From Pseudodesulfovibrio mercurii (GTDB lineage Bacteria > Desulfobacterota > Desulfovibrionia > Desulfovibrionales > Desulfovibrionaceae): a DNA stretch of 32,000 nt. The position numbers were made by a program, and so were the translations under genes. Location of the stretch: assembly GCF_000189295.2 (NCBI RefSeq), contig NC_016803.1:1920001-1952000 (forward strand), given 5' to 3'. The stretch's first letter is position 1; each line of letters starts with the position of its first letter. Below the pieces are notes generated by a model. It did no database searches. It was not told where the DNA came from and saw only the letters and a list, made by a program, of their open reading frames with translations. Positions 23,745-32,000 of the stretch are shown one piece after another.

Positions 23745-25663
23745 CACTTTCTCTTGAACAGTTTTTCGAGATCCCCCGGCGTCCAGCGCAGGACCACGGG
23801 CCTGCCGTGGGGGCAGAACTCGCGTTCGGGGGTGACAAGCCAGGTTTCCAGCAGGGCAAGGGCCTCGTCCACGGCCAGCGGCTGGCGGGCCTTGATGGCG
23901 GTCTTGCAGGCCATCATGGTCCACAGGTCGTCCAGCCCCCTGGCCTTTTCCGCCAGGGCGTCCTTCAGATACTCCCGTGCCTCGCCGGTTTCAAGGGTCG
24001 GGGGGATGCCCCGGACCAGCGCCTTGGCCGGGCCGTCCAGCTCGATGACGAAGCCCATGGCGCGCAGGTCCTCGCGGAGATCGGCCAGGACCTCGGCCTC
24101 GCTGGGGTGCAGGGGCAGTTCCAGGGCCAGGGCCAGGGGCTGGGAGTCGCCCTTTTTGCGCTGGTCGCGCATGGCCGCCAGCAAGATGCGTTCGTGGGCC
24201 GCGTGCTGGTCCACCAGGAGCATGTCTTCGCCCCGGCGCAGGACCAGGTAGGTGTCCGCGATCTGGCCCAGGTAGGTGTAGCCGCCGCCCGCCAGGGAGG
24301 CGGGGCGCAGGGCGTCGGGCCGCGCGGGTTCGGGCCCGGCCGGTTCGAACCTCGGCCCGTCGGGACCGGCCTCGCGGGCCAGGGTGGGCGCGGGCTCGGC
24401 CGTTCCTGGTCGGCCCGGCGCGGGGAATCCGGACGGGGTCACGGGCAGGTCCAGGGCGCGGGCGCGGTCCTCGCGGAAGGCGCGGTAGGTGGAAAACTTG
24501 GCGTCGGCGAAGGCGGCCGGACGGTGGGTGGACCGGGCCGGTTCCGCGGGGTCGCGGTCCGGCGGGAACGCGGGGCCGGGACCGAAGGCGGACGGGGCCT
24601 GGTCCTGCCGTTCGGGCGAGACGCAGCCGGACGCGATCTCCCCGTCCGGCCCGGACAGGGCCTGGAGCACGCCGGAACGGATGGCCGAGAACACGCGGTG
24701 CTCGTCCAGGAAGCGGACCTCCAGCTTGGCCGGGTGCACGTTGACGTCCACCTGGTCGCGGGGCAGGTCCAGAAAGAGGACGATCTGCGGATATTCCCGG
24801 GACAGGAGCATGCCCTTGTAGGCCTGACGCACGGCCGCGAGCATGCGCTTGTCCTGGACCGGGCGACCGTTGACGTAGAGCAGGATGCGGTCGCCGCGCC
24901 CCTGGGCGGTGTTCGGCGAACCGGCCGCGCCGTGGGCCCGGTAGCCGTCGCGTCCGCAGTCGAAGGGCTTGAGCCCCTGGCACACGGCCGGGGGCCAGAA
25001 GGCGGCCAGCCGGTCGGCCAGGGTCTGGTCCGGGGGCAGACGGAAGAGTTCGCGGCCGCCCACGGTCAGGGAAAAGGCCACGTGCAGGTGGGCCAGGGAC
25101 ACGCGCATGAGCACGTCCTGGCAGCGCCGGTTCTCGGTGGTCTCGGCCTTGAGGAACTTGAGCCGGGCCGGGGTGGCGGCGAACAGGTCGCGGACCTCCA
25201 CGCGGGTGCCCGAGGCCAGCGCCGCCGGGCCGGTGGCGGTCACCTCGCCCGCCCGGACCTCGATGAAGGCGGCCTCGGCCGGACCCTCGTCCGGCCCCTC
25301 CACCCCTCCGGCGCGGGAGGTCATGGTGAAGCGCGAGACCGAGGCGATGGACGGCAGGGCCTCGCCCCGGAAACCGAAGGAGCCGATGTCGGACAGGTCG
25401 TGGAAGTCGCGGATCTTGCTGGTGGCGTGGCGGGTCACGGCTAGGGCCAGCTGGCTGGCCGGGATACCGGACCCGTTGTCCTGGACCACGATGAGGGCGC
25501 GGCCGCCCTGCTCGATGGTCACGTCCACGCGGGTGGCCCCGGCGTCGAGCGCGTTCTCCACCAGTTCCTTGACGACGCTGGCCGGGCGTTCGACCACCTC
25601 GCCCGCGGCGATCTGGTTCTTGAGCCCCGGCGGCAGTACGCGGATTTCAGGCAATGCGGTCAT
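23744..25663 (-). CDS. mutL: DNA mismatch repair endonuclease MutL
   Basis: The N-terminal GHKL ATPase region is LKNQIAAGEVVERPASVVKELVENALDAGAT. A Pro/Ala/Gly-rich linker follows. The C-terminal endonuclease motif DQHAAHERILL (DQHAx2Ex4E) indicates MutH-independent repair. Confidence 0.95.
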   Translation of the reverse strand: MTALPEIRVLPPGLKNQIAAGEVVERPASVVKELVENALDAGATRVDVTIEQGGRALIVVQDNGSGIPASQLALAVTRHATSKIRDFHDLSDIGSFGFRGEALPSIASVSRFTMTSRAGGVEGPDEGPAEAAFIEVRAGEVTATGPAALASGTRVEVRDLFAATPARLKFLKAETTENRRCQDVLMRVSLAHLHVAFSLTVGGRELFRLPPDQTLADRLAAFWPPAVCQGLKPFDCGRDGYRAHGAAGSPNTAQGRGDRILLYVNGRPVQDKRMLAAVRQAYKGMLLSREYPQIVLFLDLPRDQVDVNVHPAKLEVRFLDEHRVFSAIRSGVLQALSGPDGEIASGCVSPERQDQAPSAFGPGPAFPPDRDPAEPARSTHRPAAFADAKFSTYRAFREDRARALDLPVTPSGFPAPGRPGTAEPAPTLAREAGPDGPRFEPAGPEPARPDALRPASLAGGGYTYLGQIADTYLVLRRGEDMLLVDQHAAHERILLAAMRDQRKKGDSQPLALALELPLHPSEAEVLADLREDLRAMGFVIELDGPAKALVRGIPPTLETGEAREYLKDALAEKARGLDDLWTMMACKTAIKARQPLAVDEALALLETWLVTPEREFCPHGRPVVLRWTPGDLEKLFKRK

Positions 25664-25729
25664 ATCCCTTCAGTATAACCATCCGCCCGGGCGGCACAAC
25701 CCCGGCGGCACGGAAAGCGTTGCCGCGGG

Positions 25730-28117
25730 CTAGAAGTTGAGCAGGTCGAAGCCGACCTCGAAGCGGTTGTCGCCGGGCTTCTGGCTGTAGGAGAAATGCA
25801 GGGTGTAGCACTCGGCCGCCCAGTCCATGTACAGGGTCCGCTCCAGGTCCTGCTCGTCCACGAAATCGTGGCGGTAGCGGGCCCCCAGGGTGACGGCGTT
25901 GTTGACCTGCCACTCGCCCCCGATCTTGATGATGGACATGTCGTTGTCGCGGGTGCGCTTGTACTCGTCCAGGCTCTTCAGGAAATCGTAGCCCACGTAG
26001 AACTCGCCCAGTCCGTCCTTGTAGAAGCGCAGGGTGTTCTCGCTCTGGGTCATGTCGCCCATGTAGGGCGAGAACCAGTTGCGGGTCAGGATTTCCATGA
26101 AGTTGGCGGGCTTGATCTTCAGCTCGGCCATGACGTCGGAGAACGGCCTGCGCGCGTAGAGGTCGCGCTCGTCGTTGCGCTGGGCCTCGCGGATGTCGTA
26201 GGACTGCTCCACCCGGAAGAGCAGGAAGTCGAGATAGTCCTTGGCCACCCGGGCCGCGGGCTCGCCGTCCGAGCCCGGCGAGAGCACCACCCGCTCGCGG
26301 CGGCGGTCCAGGACGCTGGTCAGGGAGTAGGTCACCTGGTTCAGCCCCTCCACCCGGTCGTCGGTGTCGAAGTAGGGAAGCTTCTCCTGGCCCGTGAGGT
26401 TGTTCCTGTAGGTGTAGTCCAGCCGGGGCATGATCGAGTTCTTCAGGCTGGTCCAGCGGGAGGTCCCGGCCAGGCCGGGGTCCGCGGCCGGGGCCTCGCC
26501 CAGGGCGAAGGTCCGGGTCATCTCCGAAAAGGCCGTGAACCCGCCGGTCCAGAGGGTCCGGGTCTGGAAGCCGTCCTTGATCTTGGTGGTGTCGATGACC
26601 GAATCCCGGCCGCCCGTGCCGACCACGTCCAGGTCGCCCACGGCCTCGCGGGAGCTCAGGGAATAGGCGGTTTCCTGCATGGAGAGCGAGGGGATGACCG
26701 TCAGGAAGCGGCTCTTCAGGGGGTACTTGAGTTCGGGCGAGAGGATCAGACGGTGGCCGGAATCGCCGTAGTTGCGGTGGAAATAGTCGTACTTGGCGTC
26801 CACGGCCCCCTCGAAGCCCGCTCCCAGGGACTGCTGCCAGGCGTAGGCGTTCAGCTCGGGCAGAATCTGGATGGTCGGGTCCTCGCTGCTCGGGTTGTTG
26901 CCGTTGCGGTAGGCCAGGTTCTCGTCGTACTGGGTCAGGCCGACCACGCCGAAGCGGTCCCAGCTGCGGCTGACGTAGGCCTTGCTCAAGCGGTGCAGGG
27001 AGTCCTTGTTCTCTATGTCGCGGCCGAACACGTCCAGAAATTCCTCGCGGGTCTTCTCGTACCCGTCGGGCCCGTACTGGAAGTCGCGCATGTAGTTCTG
27101 GTCCGAGACCACGTCCAGGTCGAGCTTGATCTTCCACTGGGGGCTGCCAAGCCAGCCGTCGTACTTGCCGCGCACCCACCAGCGGTCCCGGTTGGAGCGG
27201 GTCAGGCCGTCCTCCTGGTAGTCCGCCCACTCGTCCGACTCGCTGGTGGCCCGGACCTTGTCGCTCAGGATGTTCGCCTGCCACATGCCCCTGGACGAGG
27301 CGTCCTCGGTGTGGCGGAACTCGACGCCCTGCATGTAGCCGCGCTTGCTCATGTAGTTCTGGTAGAAGGTGGCGTCCATCTCGTCGTTGATGACCCAGTA
27401 GTACGGCAGATTGACCTGGAGGCCGAGCTTGTCCGAGCTGGACACGTAGGGCATGAGGAAGCCGCTCTGCCGGTCCCCCTTGCCGGGCAGGACCATGTAC
27501 GGCCAGTAGAAGACCGGCACGTCCTTGACCCGGAAGGCCGAGCGGTACAGGTGGATGCGGCCGTCGATGGTCACGTCGCCCTCCTCCGTGGTCACGGACC
27601 AGGCGGGCTTCTCGCCCGAGCAGGAGGTCACCTTGGCGTTCTTGAAGGTGTAGGTGTCGCCCACGGCCTTGCCCACGCGCTCGGCCTCCACGTAGACGTG
27701 GGGCTTGGCCATGAACAGCTTGCCGTTCTTGAGCCAGCCGGTCATGTTGTTGAGGTCGAACTCGCCCTCGTCCGCCTGGAGGAAGTCGCCGCCCCAGTGG
27801 GCCCGGATGTTGCCCTTGAGAAAGACCCAGCCCGTGGCCTGGTAGTAGCGCGCGAAGTCGGCGCGCAGTTGGTCCTCGCCCAGGCTCAGGGAGACGTTGC
27901 CGAAGGCCTCCACGTACTCGCTTGTGTGGTCGCCCACCACCCGGTCGGCCGAAAAGGTCCACTCGTCCTGCGCGGGGGCCTGCACGGGCGCATCCGGCAC
28001 GTACTTCCTGACCTTGTTGCGGTCGGGCGTCTTGCCGATGATGGTCCACGGCAGGCACAGCGACAGGACCAGCAGGGTCCCGGCGGCCAGCGATATGCGC
28101 GAAAGCTTGCGTCTCAA
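25730..28117 (-). CDS. lptD: LPS-assembly outer-membrane protein LptD (OstA family)
   Basis: 795 aa with a signal peptide. An OstA-like N-terminal domain is followed by a large aromatic-rich beta-barrel ending in ...FDLLNF (terminal Phe). The only start after the upstream stop is TTG at 28117, with GAAGGA 7 nt upstream. Confidence 0.88.
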   Translation of the reverse strand: MRRKLSRISLAAGTLLVLSLCLPWTIIGKTPDRNKVRKYVPDAPVQAPAQDEWTFSADRVVGDHTSEYVEAFGNVSLSLGEDQLRADFARYYQATGWVFLKGNIRAHWGGDFLQADEGEFDLNNMTGWLKNGKLFMAKPHVYVEAERVGKAVGDTYTFKNAKVTSCSGEKPAWSVTTEEGDVTIDGRIHLYRSAFRVKDVPVFYWPYMVLPGKGDRQSGFLMPYVSSSDKLGLQVNLPYYWVINDEMDATFYQNYMSKRGYMQGVEFRHTEDASSRGMWQANILSDKVRATSESDEWADYQEDGLTRSNRDRWWVRGKYDGWLGSPQWKIKLDLDVVSDQNYMRDFQYGPDGYEKTREEFLDVFGRDIENKDSLHRLSKAYVSRSWDRFGVVGLTQYDENLAYRNGNNPSSEDPTIQILPELNAYAWQQSLGAGFEGAVDAKYDYFHRNYGDSGHRLILSPELKYPLKSRFLTVIPSLSMQETAYSLSSREAVGDLDVVGTGGRDSVIDTTKIKDGFQTRTLWTGGFTAFSEMTRTFALGEAPAADPGLAGTSRWTSLKNSIMPRLDYTYRNNLTGQEKLPYFDTDDRVEGLNQVTYSLTSVLDRRRERVVLSPGSDGEPAARVAKDYLDFLLFRVEQSYDIREAQRNDERDLYARRPFSDVMAELKIKPANFMEILTRNWFSPYMGDMTQSENTLRFYKDGLGEFYVGYDFLKSLDEYKRTRDNDMSIIKIGGEWQVNNAVTLGARYRHDFVDEQDLERTLYMDWAAECYTLHFSYSQKPGDNRFEVGFDLLNF

Positions 28118-28132
28118 GAAAGCGTCCTTCGG

Positions 28133-29113
28133 CTACCTGGACCGGAGGTACTTGTCATCCTTGTCCAAATAATTCTGGACGTAGTCCTTGGCCCCATCCT
28201 CCAGGCTCGTCATTTTGACGGTGCAGCCAGCCGCCCTGAGCTTGTCCATATTCGCCTGGGTAAAATACTGGTATTTATCACGAATCACCTCAGGCATCGG
28301 GATGTACTCGATCTCCGGCTCGCGGTTCATGGCGGCAAACACCGCGTTCGCCAAATCATTCCAGGTCCTTGCAGTTCCCGTACCGACGTTGAAGATGCCG
28401 CCCTTGTCGCGGTGCTCCAGGAACCAGGCCATGATGTCCACGCAGTCCTTGATGTAGACGAAGTCGCGCTTCTGCCCGCCGTGGGGGTATTCCTCGCGGT
28501 AGGACTTGAAGAGCTTGAGCTTGCCGGTCTCGAGGATCTGGGCGTGGGCCTTGCAGATGACCGACTTCATGTCGTCCTTGTGGTACTCGTTGGGCCCGAA
28601 CACGTTGAAGAACTTGAGGGAGACGATCTGGTCGAGGATGCCCGCGTCCCTGGACCAGAGGTCGAAGAGCTGCTTGGAGTAGCCGTACATGTTCAGGGGG
28701 CGCAGCCGGCCGATCTCGGCCTCGTTGTCGTCGAAGCCGAACTCGCCGTTGCCGTAGGTGGCCGCCGACGAGGCGTTGACGAAGCGCGCGTTGTGACCCA
28801 GGCAGAACCGGCAGACGTATTGTGTATAGCGGTAGTTGTTCTCCATGAGGAAGTCCGCGTCCAGCTCGGTGGTCGAGGAACAGGCCCCCATGTGGACGAC
28901 CGCCTCGGTCTCGAACGGGTCGTCGCCCTCGAGGATGAACTTGAGGAACTGGTCGCGGTGCAGGTAGTCCTGATACTTCAGCCCCACGAGGTTGTTCCAC
29001 TTTTCGCTGGTGGACAGGTTGTCCACCACCAGGATGTCGTCGATGCCCATCGTATTGAGCTTCCAGACCATGGCGCTGCCGATGAATCCCGCGCCGCCGG
29101 TGACAATGTACAT
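28133..29113 (-). CDS. hldD: ADP-L-glycero-D-manno-heptose 6-epimerase
   Basis: The start is MYIVTGGAGFIGS (Rossmann GxxGxxG) at 29113, with AAGGAG upstream. YGYSK is the catalytic Y-x3-K. The roughly 326-aa length is typical of RfaD/HldD. Confidence 0.93.
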   Translation of the reverse strand: MYIVTGGAGFIGSAMVWKLNTMGIDDILVVDNLSTSEKWNNLVGLKYQDYLHRDQFLKFILEGDDPFETEAVVHMGACSSTTELDADFLMENNYRYTQYVCRFCLGHNARFVNASSAATYGNGEFGFDDNEAEIGRLRPLNMYGYSKQLFDLWSRDAGILDQIVSLKFFNVFGPNEYHKDDMKSVICKAHAQILETGKLKLFKSYREEYPHGGQKRDFVYIKDCVDIMAWFLEHRDKGGIFNVGTGTARTWNDLANAVFAAMNREPEIEYIPMPEVIRDKYQYFTQANMDKLRAAGCTVKMTSLEDGAKDYVQNYLDKDDKYLRSR

Positions 29114-29346
29114 GGCTTCTCCTTGCTGCCTGGATGACGCCCGGGGGCGCAAACGCTTCTACATACTGTGTTCAAGGTCGAGACGCAACCGCAAGGAGTT
29201 GCCCCTTTTTCTGGACAGCGTTTCGCATTCTGTTACTATTTGCCCTGTCCGCCCTTGCGGCGGACATACGTTTTGCGTATATGGTAGTTAATGGTCCCCA
29301 TATAAGGAACCCATGCTTTGCCTGAAATCTCTAAAGGAGTGAGATC

Positions 29347-30402
29347 ATGACACAATCTAGAAAACTGCTTTTGTTCATGCTGGCCGCGATGTTGACTTTC
29401 TCCTTCGCGTTCGCCGCCACGGCAAATGCCAAGATGGTCAAGAAAGTCGATAACTTCATCCTCTTCGTTGACCAGTCCGGCTCCATGGCCATGCGCAACG
29501 CCGACGGCATCAAGAAAATCGAAAAGGCCAAGAGCGACATGCTCGCCCTGAACGCCGCTATCCCGGCGCTCGACTACAATTCGGCCGTGGTCCTGTTCGC
29601 CCCCTTCGAAGTCCAGTGCGCGCCCAAGGCGTATTCCGACGCCAACGTGGCCGCCGCGGTCAACGCCATCGACTCCGAGTACCAGATCTTCAACCGCCGC
29701 ACCCCCATGGGCGCCGGTCTTGATGAAATCAACCAGGTGGTCGGCCAGATGTCCGGCAAGACCGCGCTGATCATCTTCACCGACGGCGAGTCCAACTACG
29801 GCACCGACCCGGTGGCCGTGGCCAAGAACCTGTACGCCAAGTACGGCTCCAACCTCTGCGTCCACGTGGTCAGCTACGCCGACACCGCCGAGGGTCAGGC
29901 CGTGGTCGACGGCATCCGCGCCGCCTTCCCGTGCTCCGTGGCCGCCAACGGCGCGACCTTCGCCGACGCCACCGCCCTGAACCAGTACGCCAAGGCCGTC
30001 TTCTATGAGGACGTGGCCGAGCCCGCTCCGGCCCCGGCTCCGGTCGTCGTGGCCCCGGCCCCGGCCAAGGAAGTGGTCACCTTCAACCTGAACTTCGGCT
30101 TCGACAAGTACCAGATCACCGATGAGATGGTCCCCGTGCTGGAACAGGCCAAGATGATCCTCGAGGAAGACACCGCAGCCACCTACGAGATCTCCGGCCA
30201 CACCGACTCCACCGGCACCGAGGCCTACAACCAGGGCCTGTCCGAACGCCGCGCCAACTCCGTCATGAAGTGGCTGACCGACAACGGCGTCAGCGCCGAC
30301 CGCCTGGAAGCCAAGGGCTACGGCGAACTCGCGCCCAAGTATGACAACGCCACCAAGGAAGGCCGCAAGCTGAACCGCAGGGTTGAAATCCAGACCAAGT
30401 AG
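29347..30402 (+). CDS. Secreted vWA (MIDAS) domain - Pro/Ala linker - OmpA-like peptidoglycan-binding domain protein
   Basis: Signal peptide ...FSFAFAATANA. MIDAS motif DQSGSM (DxSxS), with downstream T and D residues (IIFTDGESN). Linker EPAPAPAPVVVAPAPA. The OmpA_C signature is GHTDSTGTEAYNQGLSERRANSV...NRRVEI. SD AAGGAG is present. Confidence 0.88.
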   Translation: MTQSRKLLLFMLAAMLTFSFAFAATANAKMVKKVDNFILFVDQSGSMAMRNADGIKKIEKAKSDMLALNAAIPALDYNSAVVLFAPFEVQCAPKAYSDANVAAAVNAIDSEYQIFNRRTPMGAGLDEINQVVGQMSGKTALIIFTDGESNYGTDPVAVAKNLYAKYGSNLCVHVVSYADTAEGQAVVDGIRAAFPCSVAANGATFADATALNQYAKAVFYEDVAEPAPAPAPVVVAPAPAKEVVTFNLNFGFDKYQITDEMVPVLEQAKMILEEDTAATYEISGHTDSTGTEAYNQGLSERRANSVMKWLTDNGVSADRLEAKGYGELAPKYDNATKEGRKLNRRVEIQTK

Positions 30403-30418
30403 CGCTATAGGAAATCAA

Positions 30419-30448
30419 GGTTGGGCGGTGCCCTGCCGCCGCCCAACC
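30419..30448 (+). other. Perfect 10-bp GC hairpin between the vWA-OmpA gene and the next gene (possible attenuator or mRNA-stabilising element; no U-tract)
   Basis: GGTTGGGCGG-N10-CCGCCCAACC. The downstream sequence is not T-rich, so it is not called a canonical terminator. Confidence 0.4.
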
Positions 30449-30477
30449 TCCTGCTCTGGTTGGAAGGACTCAACGCC

Positions 30478-30981
30478 ATGCACAAATTTACCGTTTATGC
30501 CACGTTGGCCGTGTTTCTGACCGGGGCTTTTTTTGCGGCCTCCGCCCTGCCCTGCCGGGCCCAGGACGTCGCAGCCATCGCGCCGGGTGACGCCACCACC
30601 CACATCAACACCAAGAACATGCCCCTCTACCTCGACGAGGGGCTGGTCGCCAAGAACGCGGACTTCAGCAAGTTCGCCCGGGTCCGGGCCAAGGCCCTGG
30701 ACCGGAACCACCGCCTGGCCCGCTCGCGCATGCAGATCATCAAGCAGGCCGACGGCTCCTTCCTGGCCCGCTACCACGCCATCGACATGGACTCCATCGT
30801 CACCAAGGTCAGCCGCTCCAAGTCCAAGACCATCCCCTTCGTGGGCGTCATGCGCTTCTGCGAGCTGGTCATGGAGGCCACGGGCGAGTCCCCGGCCGCC
30901 TGCCGGGCCGCCGAGTTCACCCCCGTGACCGTCATCCCCAACCGCCAGATATTCAGCTACAAGAAAGGCACCTGGCAGTAG
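30478..30981 (+). CDS. Secreted hypothetical protein (167 aa)
   Basis: The ATG at 30478 follows GGAAGGA. The signal peptide is MHKFTVYATLAVFLTGAFFAASALPCRAQD. Codon usage is GC3-rich. No family recognised. Confidence 0.6.
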   Translation: MHKFTVYATLAVFLTGAFFAASALPCRAQDVAAIAPGDATTHINTKNMPLYLDEGLVAKNADFSKFARVRAKALDRNHRLARSRMQIIKQADGSFLARYHAIDMDSIVTKVSRSKSKTIPFVGVMRFCELVMEATGESPAACRAAEFTPVTVIPNRQIFSYKKGTWQ

Positions 30982-31164
30982 GCCGACCCGCTCCCCGTTC
31001 CCCCGGCGGTCCGCACCGCTCTCGACGCACGTCCATCGTCCGCCCATCGCCCGCCTGGCCTGGGGCCGCGCCGGGTTGCCAGGAGCGCGCCGCCATTCTA
31101 TACAGGGTTTGATCCCCGCCGTCCGGGAACGCCCGGCCGGCCACCTTCCGCCAAGGGGGCGACG

Positions 31165-32000
31165 ATGATCAACTACTGGCCGCTCAAGTACGAAACCCCG
31201 GACATGCGCCGCCGCACCGTGGACGGGCTGCGCTGCCTGCGCAAGCTGATCGGCGAGGCCATGCCCGAGCCCTCCCTGCACGACACCCTGGTGCTCGGCA
31301 CCTGGAACATCCGCAACTTCGACGACAACCGCTTCGGCCACGGCCCGCGCATCAGGGAGGCCATGTACTTCCTGGCCGAGACCATCTCGGCCTTCGACGT
31401 TCTGGCCGTGCAGGAACTCTGCCGCGACCTCGGCCCCCTGCGCCAGCTCATGCGCCTGCTCGGCCCACAGTACGACTACATCGTCACCGACGTGGCCGAA
31501 CAGGACGGCGGCAACCGGGAGCGGCTCGGCTTCATCTACAACCGGGCCAAGGTCCGGTTCAAGGGCGTGGCCGGGGAGATGGTCCTGCCGGTGCGCGACC
31601 TCATCGAACACGGCGACGCACACCTCCAGCCCGCACGCTCGCCCTTCGGCTGCGAGTTCCAGGCGGGCTGGTTCCGCTTCCTGTTCACCACGGTGCACAT
31701 CTATTTCGGCAAGGAGAGCCAGGGGTCCCCGGAATACGCCCGGCGCGTGGCCGAGATCGACGCCGTGGCCGCCAACATCGCGGCCCGCGCCGAAAAGGAG
31801 CCGTGCAGCTACATCCTGGTGGGCGACTTCAACATCGACAAGATGGGCGATCCCTCGGGCAACGCCCTCATCCGCAACGGCTTCCAGGCCGCCCAGAACA
31901 ACGTGGGCTCCAACGCGGACAGGACCAAGTTCTACGACCAGATCTCCTGGCTGCCGCGCAAGGGCACGGTCCGCCAGACCCGCTCGGCCCGCAACCAGGG
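31165..32000 (+). CDS. Endonuclease/exonuclease/phosphatase (EEP) family protein, 3' truncated by the window edge
   Basis: The ATG at 31165 lies 6 nt after AAGGGGG, and the frame is open to the window end. EEP hallmarks are present: LGTWNIRNF (N/E metal site), VLAVQEL, ...LVGDFNI... and YDQISW. There is no signal peptide. It is absent from the track because it has no stop in the window. Confidence 0.8.
   Translation, partial: MINYWPLKYETPDMRRRTVDGLRCLRKLIGEAMPEPSLHDTLVLGTWNIRNFDDNRFGHGPRIREAMYFLAETISAFDVLAVQELCRDLGPLRQLMRLLGPQYDYIVTDVAEQDGGNRERLGFIYNRAKVRFKGVAGEMVLPVRDLIEHGDAHLQPARSPFGCEFQAGWFRFLFTTVHIYFGKESQGSPEYARRVAEIDAVAANIAARAEKEPCSYILVGDFNIDKMGDPSGNALIRNGFQAAQNNVGSNADRTKFYDQISWLPRKGTVRQTRSARNQ

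Noticed and set aside
25796-29137. 1113-aa plus-strand ORF spanning lptD and hldD. Similar long ORFs occur at 237..1832(-), 4845..6749(+), 20060..21904(+), 22131..24251(+), 23807..25444(+), 14330..15586(-), 16368..17480(-), 11028..12107(-) and 30415..31698(-).
   Set aside because: All are antisense or out of frame relative to genes with clear family signatures. Their translations are low-complexity G/A/R/P/H/D/V-rich strings typical of stop-poor shadow frames in high-GC DNA. No motifs or SD sequences are present.

Overview
This is a high-GC chromosomal segment. Sampled 60-nt lines run about 58-70% G+C. The gene content and the GC-rich REP-like intergenic hairpins resemble a Desulfovibrionales-type sulfate reducer, which is an inference I cannot verify here. 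I support about 27 protein genes. On the + strand: an EF-hand protein fragment, sppA, a class I aminotransferase, a PD-(D/E)xK-like hypothetical, hypA-hypB, a PAS/sigma-54 activator, a NifX-like protein, an Mrp/NBP35 ATPase, a YbaY-like lipoprotein, a vWA-OmpA fusion, a secreted hypothetical and a 3'-truncated EEP-family gene. On the - strand: a dCache chemoreceptor, ilvD, ribB behind an FMN riboswitch, a PhoR-like kinase-PiT-DUF47 operon, and an hldD-lptD-mutL-alr-small ORF operon. Most of the very long ORFs in the track are antisense or GC-rich shadow frames and are rejected. The stand-out feature is a roughly 2.2 kb AT-rich islet (about 12.2-14.4 kb; sampled lines 25-42% G+C) between hypB and the sigma-54 activator gene. 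It carries a translationally coupled two-gene operon: a DUF262 (ParB/Srx-like, GmrSD N-terminal type) protein lacking the usual DUF1524 nuclease half, plus a HEPN (Rx4H) protein. I read this as a candidate uncharacterised defence or abortive-infection module. Other items worth a second look: a sigma-54 promoter feeding only a roughly 60-nt terminator-capped transcript (candidate sRNA with an anti-SD stretch); a 389-bp tandem macro-repeat (about 3 copies) in a 1.9 kb non-coding gap upstream of the aminotransferase; a 53-nt near-perfect palindrome; a Cys-rich PAS activator with a sigma-54 promoter and an Fe-S-type regulon; and an 11-bp-phased hexamer array upstream of the kinase-PiT operon.
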